64,000 nt of DNA from Leucoraja ocellata (lineage: Eukaryota), in NCBI GenBank assembly GCA_036785375.1, contig JAWMAR010000231.1, forward strand, positions 3,534,001 through 3,598,000, given 5' to 3'. Position numbers and translations under genes: made by a program. Below the pieces are notes generated by a model. The model was not told the DNA's origin, ran no database searches, and saw only the letters and a program-made list of their open reading frames with translations. Position 1 is the first letter of the stretch. Every line of letters starts with the position of its first letter. This document shows, piece by piece, positions 1 through 10,930 of this stretch.

Positions 1-194
1 AACCTATTTTTAGTTGCGGCCGGTTTTGAATTTTTTAAAATAATCGCCAGAACATAGAAGAAGCGGAAACCACTTTCGACCATTAGGGAGACTGACAAAA
101 ACCTCCAGGAACCTCCGGGAACCACATGGAAACCTTGGGTGGGTGCAAAGTCTCCAGAGGTTTCCGTTCAGGTTTTCTAAGTGGGACAGGGGCA
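1..194. mobile_element. Right end of a non-autonomous TIR element (PIF/Harbinger-type MITE), truncated by the window start
   Basis: Ends in AAGTGGGACAGGGGCA followed by TTA. The terminus resembles the TIRs of the MITE at 18150-18427, and TWA target sites are typical of PIF/Harbinger. Confidence 0.55.
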
Positions 195-328
195 TTAGTG
201 GGACGGGGCGTTAAAGTATAAAAAAAATAGAGAATATCAAAATTCAGCATGGGTCCATTTGATAGAGAGATGGAAATTATGATGGGGAAAAAGGAAATGG
301 CTGAGGTACTGAACATTTTTTAATAATC

Positions 329-1052
329 AAAGTCAAAAGTCAAAGTCAAAGTAGCCTTTATTTTCATTTCAAATTTTGTTGCCTTGCAGTCATACATATA
401 ATAAAAATGACAAAAACACACAATAAACACAAATTTAACATCCACCACAGTGAGTTCACAGGCACCTCCTCACTGTGATGGAAGGCAAAAAGTCCTTGTC
501 TCTTCCCTCCTTGTTCTCCCTCTGCTCCGAGGTGACCTGTGAGCTCCTGACGCTGTCATCCTCCGAGGTCGGGTCGCCGCTGCTGCCGGAACACCACAGC
601 TCCAATGTTGGGTCGCCGCTGCTGCTGCCGCTGGAACGCCACAGCTCCGATGCCGGGTTGCCGCTGCTGCTGCCGCCGGAACGCCACAGCTCCGTTGTCG
701 GGTCACCGCTGCCGCTGGAACGCCACAGCTCCGATGCCGGGTTGCCGCTGCTGCTGCCGGAACGCCACAGCTCCGATGTTGCCGCTGCCCCAGCTCCGAG
801 GCCGCCAGCTCCGCCATTAGGCCTCGACACAGATGGAGATGGACATGGGGAATACGACAAGAGAAGTCGCATCCCCCCCGAAGGAAGAGACCAAAAACAC
901 ATTTCACCCCCCCCCCCACCCCCCACACCCATACACAGCATAATAAAATAAAACCAAAAATTAACTAAAACAGGACAAAAGAACAAACAAAAAGAGAAAA
1001 AACAAACGGACTGCAGGTGAGCCGCAGCTGCTAAGGCAGCGCCGCCATCTTA
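329..1052 (-). mobile_element. Non-autonomous retroelement with AAGATGGCGG 5' head, internal VNTR and AATAAA+(TTTGAC)n tail
   Basis: The minus strand starts aagatggcggcgctgcc (~1051) and ends aataaaggctactttgactttgac (~330). Its 3' block (ccttccatcaca..gagg..actgtggtggatgt) is shared with 5800-6331 and 24340-24730. Confidence 0.6.
568..777. repeat. Minisatellite, 5 units of 39/45/45/39/42 bp with variable (GCT)n
   Basis: Repeated g.cgggt.gccgctg(ctg)n..ggaacgccacagctccgat, read directly from the sequence. Confidence 0.9.
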
Positions 1053-1448
1053 GCAAAATGTCAGAAGACCAAAGAACAGTTCAGGATCAGTGGATCCAAG
1101 GATCGAATGAGATGAAGGAATTTCTGAAGCCAGAAGGTGGTGAAACTGTGGAATTCAATGCCACAGACAACTGTGGAGGCCTAGACATTGGGTATTCTTA
1201 AGGCAGAGATTGATAGATTCTTGATTAGGAAGGGCATCAAAGGTTTGAAATAAGAAGGCAGGATAATAGGGTTGAGAAGGAGAAATAGATCAGCCATAAT
1301 TGAATGTAATTGTACTGAATGTCAATTCTCACTTATGTCATTATCTAACAACAATGAAAATCACTGTTAATTGTGAGGCAATTGCCCATGGAGGGCGAGC
1401 ATCTCAGAGGAACTTCAAACCTAGCACTAAAATGTGTCAATGATGTTC

Positions 1449-2108
1449 ATGCAGGTGCAGCAAGCAGTGAAGAAAGCGAATGGTATGTTAGCATTCATAG
1501 CAAAAGGATTGGAGTATAGGAGCAGGGAGGTTCTTGGTGAGACCACACCTGGAGTATTGCGTACAGTTTTGGTCTCCTAATCTGAGGAAGGACATTCTTG
1601 CCATAGAGGGAGTGCAGAGAAGGTTCACCAGACTGATTCCTGGGATATCAGGACTTTCATATGAAGAATGACTGGATAGACTCAGCTTGTTCTCGCTAGA
1701 ATTTAGAAGATTGAGGGGGGATCTTATAGAAACTTACAAAATTCTTAAGGGGTTGGACAGGCTAAATGCAGGAAGGTTGTTCCCGATGTTGGAGAAGTCC
1801 AGAACAAGGGGTCACAGTTTAAGGATAAAGGGGAAATCTTTTAAGACTGAGATGAGAAAAACATTTGTTACACAGAGAGTGGTGAATCTCTGGAATTCTC
1901 TGCCACAGAATGTAGTTGAGGCCAGTTCATTGGCTATATTTAAGAGGGATTTAGATGTGGCCCTTGTGGTTAAAGGGATCAGGGGGTATGGAGAGAAGGC
2001 AGGTACAGGATACTGAGTTGGATGATCAGCCATGATCATATTGAATGGCGGTGCAGGCTCGAAGGGCCGAATGGCCTACTCCTGCACCTATTTTCTATGT
2101 TTCTATGT
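1449..2108 (+). mobile_element. 5'-truncated CR1 LINE (ORF2 C-terminus, 3'UTR, (CTATGTTT)n tail)
   Basis: ORF 1687-2016 SLEFRRLRGDLIETYKIL...QRVVNLWNSLP; tail ttctatgtttctatgt. Confidence 0.95.
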
Positions 2109-2316
2109 CTACACTCATGATGAATTCTTTCTCAAACACAATGACAAAAAGCTATGATTGACCATCCAAAGCATTGTTGATATTCACTGTTTCTTCTCAG
2201 TAGAGTGCTTAGAGTGACTGGCTGCAGAAGAGAGATCCCGGCCAAAGGATATTCAGAGGAAGATGTTACTCCTTTTTCCTTTATTCCACCATGACACTCG
2301 TCAACTCCATCATCCA

Positions 2317-2612
2317 GGGTGGCACAGTGGTGCAGTGGTAGAGTTTCTGCCTTACAGAGCCGGAGACTGGATTAGATCCTGGTTACGGGTGCTATCTGTA
2401 CGGAGTTTGTACGTTCTACCTGTGACAGCGTGGGTTTTCCCCGGGTGCTCCAGTTCCTCCTACACTCCAAGGTTGTAGGTTAATTGGCATTTGTAGAATT
2501 GTAAATTGTCCCTAGTGTTTAGGAAAGAACTAATGGACAAGGTGATCGCTGGTCGGTGTGGACTTGGTGGGCCGAAGGGCTTGTTTGCACATTGTACATC
2601 TAAAATCTAAAG
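2317..2612 (+). mobile_element. HE1-type tRNA-derived V-SINE
   Basis: tRNA-like head (ggtggcacagtggtgcagtggtagag), V-domain gtttgtacgttct..cgtgggtttt, and LINE-derived tail ggtgggccgaagggc. Confidence 0.85.
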
Positions 2613-3124
2613 TCAAGCCAATATCTGGTATGCTTTCTTGTCTCCCAACGGCAGTAAGTACATTCACATTGGATAACAGCCTTTGATTGGGGACTTCAAA
2701 AATAGATCATAGAAAATTCCAGCACAGGAACAGGCCATTCAAAATGTCTGTGCCGAACTTAATTCCAAACTAAACTACCTGCACATGATCCACACCCCTC
2801 CGTACCCTGCATGTCCCTGCACAGGCAGCCTCAGGCTTGTCCTGGCCGCTCAGTCTTGGCCTTAAAGGAAGCACTGGATGGCTTGGGCTTGTCCTGGCGG
2901 CTCAGGTTTTGCTTTCCATGTGGGGCACAGTCCCTCATTGTCTCTGGGCATGTGAGGAGGTTATAGCGGTCCCAGGTTTGTTCTAGTATCTCAGCCTTCC
3001 TCCAAGCTTGCAAAAGGGAAGAACAGCTAATAGGGTGGCACCTCACTCTCTCTCCCTTTCTATCTCTTATTCCTTCCTTCCTCCCACCCCTTATTTTTTT
3101 TCCCTCTCCATCTCTGGCTGGAAT

Positions 3125-3285
3125 TGCCTTGGTTTGTAAGGAGGAGGGTGACGAGGTGCAGGTGAGCCAATCCAGCTAGATATGTACAGCTAAATGTACA
3201 CAGCTGTTGCTCCTCTGGCTGTGGGCTCAGCTCAGCTCAGTCTAGAGCTCTGTTCAGGTTGCTGGTGTTCTCCGGCAGTCAAGCA
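3125..3285 (+). repeat. Copy 1 of a ~160-bp local direct duplication (copy 2 at 4489-4644)
   Basis: tgccttggtttgtaaggaggag...ccggcagtcaagca occurs twice, with a few substitutions and one GCTCA unit difference. Confidence 0.95.
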
Positions 3286-3733
3286 CTGTTTGTAATGCTG
3301 ATTGTTGGCTTCTCCTGGCCTGTCTGCATGTGACGGGGATCAGAGTGGCACACACAGGTTAGGATGCACTGTCTTGTACGGATCATCTACATGATCCCAC
3401 TGTACATTATTTCTGTTCAGGACTTGCCATTGACTATACTTTGCCCTTGCATTCAACCTCCCAAAGTGCAACAACTCACACTTGCTCACTTTAAACTCAG
3501 ATTAAACTCCATGTGCCATATCTCTGCTAATTTCTATAGCTGATTTATATCCCACTGTATATTTTGATAGCCTTCCTCGCAGTACGCAATGCTAGCAATC
3601 TTGTCATCCGCAAACTTATTAAACAGCCCATCTACATTTACAAACTACAATATAATCTATAATTACAATCTGCATTTCCTGATTGTTATTATTGACTGTG
3701 GCTGATAAATGTCAGTGAATATTTGAACCACAA

Positions 3734-4488
3734 ACCATATAACCATATAACAATTACAGCACGGAAACAGGCCATCTCGGCCCTACAAGTCCATGCCGAA
3801 CAATTATTTTCCCTTAGCCCCACCTGCCTGCACTCATACCATAACCCTCCATTCCCTTCTCATCCATATGCCTATCCAATTTATTTTTAAATGATACCAA
3901 CAAGCCTGCCTCCACCACTTCCACTGGAAGCTCATTCCACACCGCTACCACTCTCTGAGTAAAGAAGTTCCCCCTCATGTTACCCCTAAACTTCTGTCCC
4001 TTAATTCTGAAGTCATGTCCTCTTGTTTGAATCATCCCTATTCTCAAAGGGAAAAGCTTGTCTACATCAACTCTGTCTATCCCTCTCATCATTTTAAAGA
4101 CTTCTATCAAGTCCCCCCCTTAACCTTCTGTGCTCCAGAGAATAAAGACCTAACTTATTCAACCTTTCTCTGTAACTTAGTTGTTGAAACCCAGGCAACA
4201 TTCTAGTAAATCTCCTCTGTACTCTCTCTATTTTGTTGACATCCTTCCTATAATTGGGCGACCAAAATTGTACACCATACTCCAGATTTGGTCTCACCAA
4301 TGCCTTGTACAATTTTAACATTACATCCCAGTTTCTATACTCAATGCTCTGATTTATAAAGGCTAGCATACCCAAAGCTTTCTTTACCACCCTGTCTATA
4401 TGAGATTCCACCAAGGAACTATGCACGGTTATTCCCAGATCCCTCTGTTCAACTGCATTGTTCAACTGCATTCAACTGCATTCTTCAA
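3734..4488 (-). mobile_element. 5'-truncated HER1-like CR1 LINE
   Basis: ORFs 4094-4471 and 3814-4110 (LVRPNLEYGVQFWSP; FFTQRVVAVWNELP) are separated by a frameshift; (TATGGTTA)n tail. Confidence 0.9.
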
Positions 4489-4644
4489 TGCCTTGGTTTG
4501 TAAGGAGGAGGGTGACAAGGTGCAGGTGAGCCAATCCAGCTAAATATGTACAGGTAAATGTACACAGCTGTTGCTCCTCTGGCTGTGGGCTCAGCTCAGT
4601 TTAGAGCTCTATTCAGGTTGCTGGTGTTCTCCGGCAGTCAAGCA
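4489..4644 (+). repeat. Copy 2 of the ~160-bp direct duplication
   Basis: Matches 3125-3285 and begins at the 5' junction of the truncated LINE. Confidence 0.95.
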
Positions 4645-4829
4645 GTGGTCATCTCTAACAAGTGAGACCTATACATTTTCTTCCTCCTGTTCCTCTTATT
4701 TCAGTTGCAATTCGTGGCTAAATCTTTTTGGCCAGTCTCCAGATAATAGGAAGGCACACCAACTTTCTCTCCTTTTCTCCCTCTTCTTTCTTCCTTTCTC
4801 TCTTTCTACCTTTCTCTCCAGATTTCACC

Positions 4830-5300
4830 TTTTCTTCTGCTTAGAATTTGCAAGGTTATGCATGATGCAGCAGAGGATAGACTCTCCACATCATTTGGCT
4901 TGTACTTCAAAGCAACCAGACTGATATAGCAAATCTCTGGTTGTTTCCACTTCCATTAGTATTTGGAGGTTCTCATAGTATCAGCCGGTATAGTTGGAGA
5001 GCTCATTCTCAATTATAAATTTCAGAGATATTCTGAATGCACGAGTGCTTTTGTATGTTAGAATGCTTTTGTAAATATTATCAATACTGTGATCGACAAG
5101 GAGCGTATAGGAAAGTCGTTGTCCTCTGTGATCCGCCTCTCTAGCTAATGGTGACCCCACGACACCTGCTGTAACCGCTTGTGATGATCCTTTGGTGAGT
5201 AAGTTTAGATTTGAAATGAGCTTGAGCTCCATGTAGAGAGCTGAGAGTGTGGCAGGAGGACTTATTGCACCATTCCATGGAAACCTAAGCATGTGAATGC
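4830..5300 (-). pseudogene. Degenerate PIF/Harbinger transposase fragment
   Basis: SALYMELKLISNLNLLTKGSSQAVTAGVVG resembles the Harbinger HTH motif (ALRF.ATGSFQ..VGD..G). 4878-4849 encodes ILCCIMHNLA, resembling the C-terminal II.ACC.LHN motif. Confidence 0.6.
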
Positions 5301-5799
5301 ATTGCTTGTCAGAGAACTTCAGGCATGATGTGGTGTCTTTGATGACAGGAAACGGTTGTTCACTAATTGTTCACCTGTAATTATTTGTTCACCGCTTGTT
5401 TCCCTGTAATTCCTGCCATAACATCGCTAACCCATCCTGACTGGCCAACCATGGTCACATCGATACATGCAGCTATACTGCTGCAGTCCCACTGCTGAGG
5501 CACAATTGGGTGGGTATATCAGCAGCTAAGTGCTGGAGCAAATATTCATCATTCCTGAAGCATATTCCATGGACTTTGAAAGGTATTTGTGTTTCCTGCG
5601 CTCAGTTCTGATGGTGCCTGGTCAGGTGGTCTGTTAATCTATCTCAACAGATGCTGAGAAAAGCAACCAGTATAATTATGACTGGTTGTAAGTTGTACCT
5701 TTGACCTCCATTTTTAATTAGGAAGGACGGTGATGACAAACTCATTCAGTATGCGACATGAACAGGAAAAACCTAAGACCGTCTAAGTTGTTTTGGAGA

Positions 5800-6331
5800 T
5801 ACTTTATCCCATATACCACCGGGGGTGCTTCGATAGCAGCCTCACCTACAGTCTGACTGTCCTTTTCATCTTTTTTCATGGGCATGGACTTACCATCGGA
5901 GCCGATTCCTTGCCTGCAGACTTTAACATCAAGGAACTCGCAGTCTCGGGAGAGACCGAGTCGGGAAGCTCCAAAACTGCATAACGTTCAACTAGCCCCC
6001 ACCCGGGATAGATCACCCGGCGTGGGGAGTTAAAGTTCCCCCCCGATGCAGGAGCTTGATCGCCTCGATGAGGTGGCCTGCTCCCGGCTACGGGAGTAAG
6101 AACGTCCCGTCAACGGAAGGTTAGAGGCCCCCAACCACTGGAGGACAAAGAAGGGAAGAGATTTTTGCCTTCCATCACAATGAGGAATGTGGCGGAATCA
6201 CTGTGGTGGATGTTTATGTTAAAATGTATTTTGTGTTTTCTGTTGCTTTTTATTAGTATGACTGTATGGCAAATCAAATTCCTTGTATGTTGCAAAACAT
6301 ACTTGGCTAATAAAGTATGATTATGATTATG
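5800..6331 (+). mobile_element. Non-autonomous retroelement, CpG-rich body, AATAAA+(ATGATT)n tail
   Basis: 3' part is homologous to the reverse complement of 24340-24540 and of 400-520. Confidence 0.65.
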
Positions 6332-7469
6332 TTTTACCAATGAGCACCATTTCACCTGCAGTTCCAGATGAAACGTGTTTTTTTTCTTGACTAGTGCCTC
6401 AAAAAGAGCACAAATTGAACCATTATTTCTGTTGTAGTTTTGTTTTGCTTTTGCACACTTCCAGCCGACATCACATGCTTATTTATCACGATACATTTGC
6501 TCCAAATGCAATAACATCATAAATTCTTTATGCGTGGGGAGGAACAAAAATTCCTTATGTTTAGCTAAAGGTTTCTCATGAATATCCTGTAAAATGCAGC
6601 ACTCTCCAAAATGATCTCTGAAGCATTTGGTGGATATTATGTCCTATGCCTGTAAATTCCAGTAATTAATAGAATTACAATACCATGTGACCATCACCGA
6701 CTCCTTTTCACTGGGAGACGCTGAACAACATAATGTTGTCAAGTAACTACAATTAACTGGTTTAAAATAGAAAAGAAAATCAATCAAAATAAAAACATCT
6801 ATTCGTGATTATTCCTTCAGTTATAGTTCAATAGCATTTTCAAAAGATACTGTATGAATAGTATAAGTGTTTTGGTATATTAGAGTGCCTTTGTGAGTAC
6901 CCATCAACATTGTGGCTCATTTACTTGATGTTAATTTAAGTATTTGCAATAACAATACCCAGAATGTTCATTTAAAAGGTGACAATAAAAGGTAAATAGT
7001 TTTCAAATATTATACGTCATTTCTCACATGATATTATCAGGTTATAACCATCCTATCCAATAATTACAGGTTGTTTTACTCAAATAATCAGTAACTGTAT
7101 GTTCGTTCCCCATGAAATGGCAGACCAAGAAACATTAATACGCAAATTCTACTCTAAGTGACATTAAAAATATTTCTCAGGCACTGCTCATGCCAGTTTC
7201 AATAAACTAACGATGTGCCAAAAGAATAGGGAAGATTTAGCATGCAGTTGAAAGAATGATTTGGTATTTGAAGGTAAACTAATAAAAACCAGGAATCATT
7301 AAATTTCCTGCTGTGGATTCCAGCTTATTTTTTTGTAATTTTGAATGAGCTAAATGAAATTGAAGCTTCAGTGGTAATGTAACAGAAGCGTAGGAAATGC
7401 ATATTAAAGATAATTTCTAATTTAGATTTTGTGGTGTAGCAGCTTGTGATGGTTTATCAGGTGGTTTAA

Positions 7470-7731
7470 TGAGGTGAGAAAAAACGTTTTCACCCAGAGA
7501 GTTGTGAATTTATGGAATTCCCTGCCACAGAGGGCAGTGGAGGCCAAGTCACTGGATGGATTTAAGAGAGAGTTAGATAGAGCTCTAGGGCTAGAGTCAA
7601 GGGATATGGAGAGAAGGCAGGCACGGGTTATTGATAGGGGACGATCAGCCATGATCACAATGAATGGCGGGGCTGGCTTGAAGGGCCGAATGGCCTCCCC
7701 CTGCACCTATTTTCTATGTTTCTATGTTTCT
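7470..7731 (+). mobile_element. CR1 3' fragment
   Basis: FTQRVVNLWNSLPQ plus (CTATGTTT)n tail. Confidence 0.9.
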
Positions 7732-8842
7732 ATCAAAATGGATTTGGAGCCACAAGGACACAGATAATCGATGATCCATGATAGATTGTACTTCAACAAA
7801 TTTTGTACCCATCGAAGATGTTGTTGACTTTTCCACACTCCAACTTGCTCTATGATGACACTAAAATGTTGGCTAATGTACCTGATTAATATGGTAGCTG
7901 GGAAATCAAAATATGTTAGCATAAATTTACAGTATACACTCAACACAAAGGTGAAGAATTACCTTTGTCGTGCATATTCAGAGGTAGAAATGCACCACAG
8001 TTTCCTGAACATGCATTTCAAGAAGTGTGCTTCACTGACAAGGCCAGACGTTATCTCCATCTGCAGTAACCCTTTGAGATTTTATATATTTTCATAATTG
8101 TTCTCAACACAAATCCTCTCAAGACAAGTATATCATTGCTTTACTATGAGCTGGCATTTCACAAAATGGATTTTAAAATCCATGAAAAAGCCTTTTTGTG
8201 AAAAAGGATAGTTGACCTATCACAGCTGTGCTAACTCTTTGGTAGAACTTTCAAATCAGGTCTCTGTGGAACATTGGAGCTGAGCCTGCTTCAAGAATCC
8301 TTTAAAACATTAAACATATGTCATGCAAAAAAGCTGCAATAAATTGGTGCTGTGTGGTTCCCAACCCTTGAGTTAAATGAAAAAAATATCCTTGGTTGCC
8401 TATTCTTCCTCGTGTCCGGCCATCTTCTATATCACGTCTTTCCGGTCGGTCAGTGACGGTTGACGGTCGGTGGTTGCAGAATTGGCTACTTCAGTCAGTC
8501 ACTGCGATACAGTTTCTGTCTTCAGCATTGCCCGGGAAGCGCCACGTGGAGGCTTCTGCTTGCATCCCTGGTTACCTATCAATGTCGTTTATGCTTTGGG
8601 CAAAGAGTGTTTGGAATGTATATATTTTTAAAGACTAAAGCTGAGTTAATTCAATCAGAAACATGCAGAAAGTTTGACAGAATCTGTGTAAAAAGAAACA
8701 GATAATATTTTAGATCCAAGGACTGGGAAAAAAATAGTGAGAATAACCTTCATGTAGCAGCGAATGTGGCAGATGGGAACATCTGGATGAAGGGATTATC
8801 TCTCAAAAGTTAAGATGACCTAACTTTATGTATGATAGCGAT

Positions 8843-9300
8843 GTTACAAAACCTATCTTCAGCGGCGCTGCAGTTCTGCCACTGGCCATGCGCGCGACTT
8901 CGGCGCCTTTGAGGGGGGGGGGGATTAAAATCTAGTTTTCTACTGCCTGTCCGAGGCAGATTTCCTCGGGCTGCTGCTGATGCAGAAAAATCTTTCCGAC
9001 TTGCATTCCCAATTTTTTTTTTTTTTTAATCGCGAGACAATTTCATAATTATATTAAAATAAAAAAGCGACTTCTAACGCCGTCAGCACCTACAACGTGA
9101 CATCGCAAATACGGGACAAAACACGGTGTAAGTCTATATTTTACATTTCAACTTGCTTCTTGGGATGACTTTAATCAATCTTCTATAAGCAAGAATGTGA
9201 TTTGGGCCCCATATGAACCGGCAGTGTTTTTCCTGCAGATATGGGGTTCAAATTCACCGCAAATGCAACGTTCCAAGAAAGATGATTAAAATGCCCATTT
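8843..9300. repeat. Unclassified CpG-rich interspersed-repeat-like segment
   Basis: Abrupt rise in CpG content, with homopolymer runs and no ORF; termini not identified. Confidence 0.3.
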
Positions 9301-9489
9301 TTTTTGGAGATAAGCCGTCTAAATTGTCTATATTTTGTCATTCTCTCTCTCCATGATCATTATTTTTTAACTAGATATTCACAACAGTTTGAGTCACATG
9401 TATTGTGCAAAAAAACAATAATTTGATTACATTTTTTGGGTGGATGTTTCTAGATTAATTTATGGGAATTAGACATTATATCCCAGATG

Positions 9490-10087
9490 GAAGAAATTTA
9501 ATGTACAGGGCCCTGGTGAGGCCACACCTGGAGTATTGTGTGCAATTTTGATCTTCTAATTTGAGGAAGGACATTCTTGCTATTGAGGGAGTGCAGCGTA
9601 GGTTCACGAAGTTAATTCCCGGAATGGCGGCCTGTCATATGATGAAAGAATGAGCAACTAGGCTTGTATTCGCTAGAATTTAGAAGGATGAGTGGGCATC
9701 TTATAGAAACATATAAAATTGTTAAGGGATTGGACACGTTAGATGCAGGAAACATGTTCCTGATGTTGGGGGTGTCCAGAACCAGGGGCCACAGTTTATG
9801 AATAAGGGGTAGGCCATTTAGAACTGAGATGAAGAAAAACTTTTTCACACAGAGAGTTGTGAATTTGTGGAATTCTCTGCCTCAGAAGGCAGTGGAGGCC
9901 AATTCACTGGATGCATTTAAAAGAGAGTTAGATAGAGATCTTAGGGCTAGCGGAATCAAGGGAAATGGGGAGAAGGCAGGAATGGGGTACTGATTGTGGA
10001 TGATCAGCCATGATCACATTGAATGGCGGCGCTGGCTCGAATGGCTGAATGGCCTACTGCACCTATTGTCTATGTATCTATGTATCT
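9490..10087 (+). mobile_element. 5'-truncated CR1 LINE, moderately diverged
   Basis: Aligns by eye to 1520-2108. Confidence 0.9.
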
Positions 10088-10499
10088 CTGTAGCACAGGA
10101 GAATAACCTTGGAGGGGAATTACGAATTGGAATTCCTGTTGCCCACATGCCACAGGATGCAGTGTGAAAAAAAAGTTATAAATGTCCAATTAAAACTTTG
10201 AGGGTTAATCTATACAGCAACTTCCTGTAGTGGTCCAACAGGAAGCCCAAATGCAGCACTAAAAAGCTACAGTATATCATCATCACTACGGACTTGCACT
10301 TAACTCATCAACCTGAATGGGAGCTTTGACATGCAAAGTAATTGTACCTTAATTTCTATTATTATAAACAACAAGACTGTTGAGGGATTATTGAGGCTTC
10401 AAAGCCTCAAAGCTTAATTGAAATGAATCTGAAGCACTCCTGGGAACTTAACCTGCTGCCAAAAATTAGTTTAAAAAAAATGTAATTTATGAGTTTATT

Positions 10500-10800
10500 T
10501 CTTCAAGGATCTCGCATTACACAAGAGCCAATATTTTATCTTGGATATGGATTTTCAATTTTAATTCTTGGCAGGAGAGCACAGAGCAACATCTGATGGG
10601 GAGGATCATGTAGAGCTGATATAATGCTTCAATTGATTTAAATGCATAGAAAGTTATAACCATTTTGTTCATGATGTGTAAAGATCTCTGCAAGAGTTTC
10701 CTTCTTGCACTCCATCCTGGGTGATTTTTATTAGTAAACATAAACCAATTCTTTTCTACCACATGAGATTCGTTCTTCTGCAACAATATGTCCCAGAACG
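10500..10800 (-). mobile_element. Highly decayed CR1 ORF2 fragment
   Basis: KMVITFYAFKSIEALYQLYMIL weakly resembles the CR1 ANGML.FI...EY....LY..L segment. Confidence 0.3.
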
Positions 10801-10930
10801 AACAAAAGAGCAGGCCATATCAGATTTAAGGAAAGAGTAAGAAGCCGCTTTCAGTTAACAGCCTAGTGTTCTAGTGTTCTGTGTTATCTAACACAGTTCA
10901 TAAGTTGATCACATTCAGAGTGGTGTGTGA

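Larger units (their letters stand above)
205..1310 (+). mobile_element. Old, internally deleted CR1 LINE remnant interrupted by the 329-1052 element
   Basis: 250-316 resembles the MGNK.MA..LN segment of the 19627 CR1 ORF. 1120-1310 resembles CR1 3' ends (gtggtgaa..tgtggaattc..tgccacag...gatcagccat). Confidence 0.55.

Noticed and set aside
456-986. Overlapping 150-176 aa ORFs as host genes
   Set aside because: They are produced by a GC-rich VNTR with unit lengths in multiples of 3 inside a repeat element.
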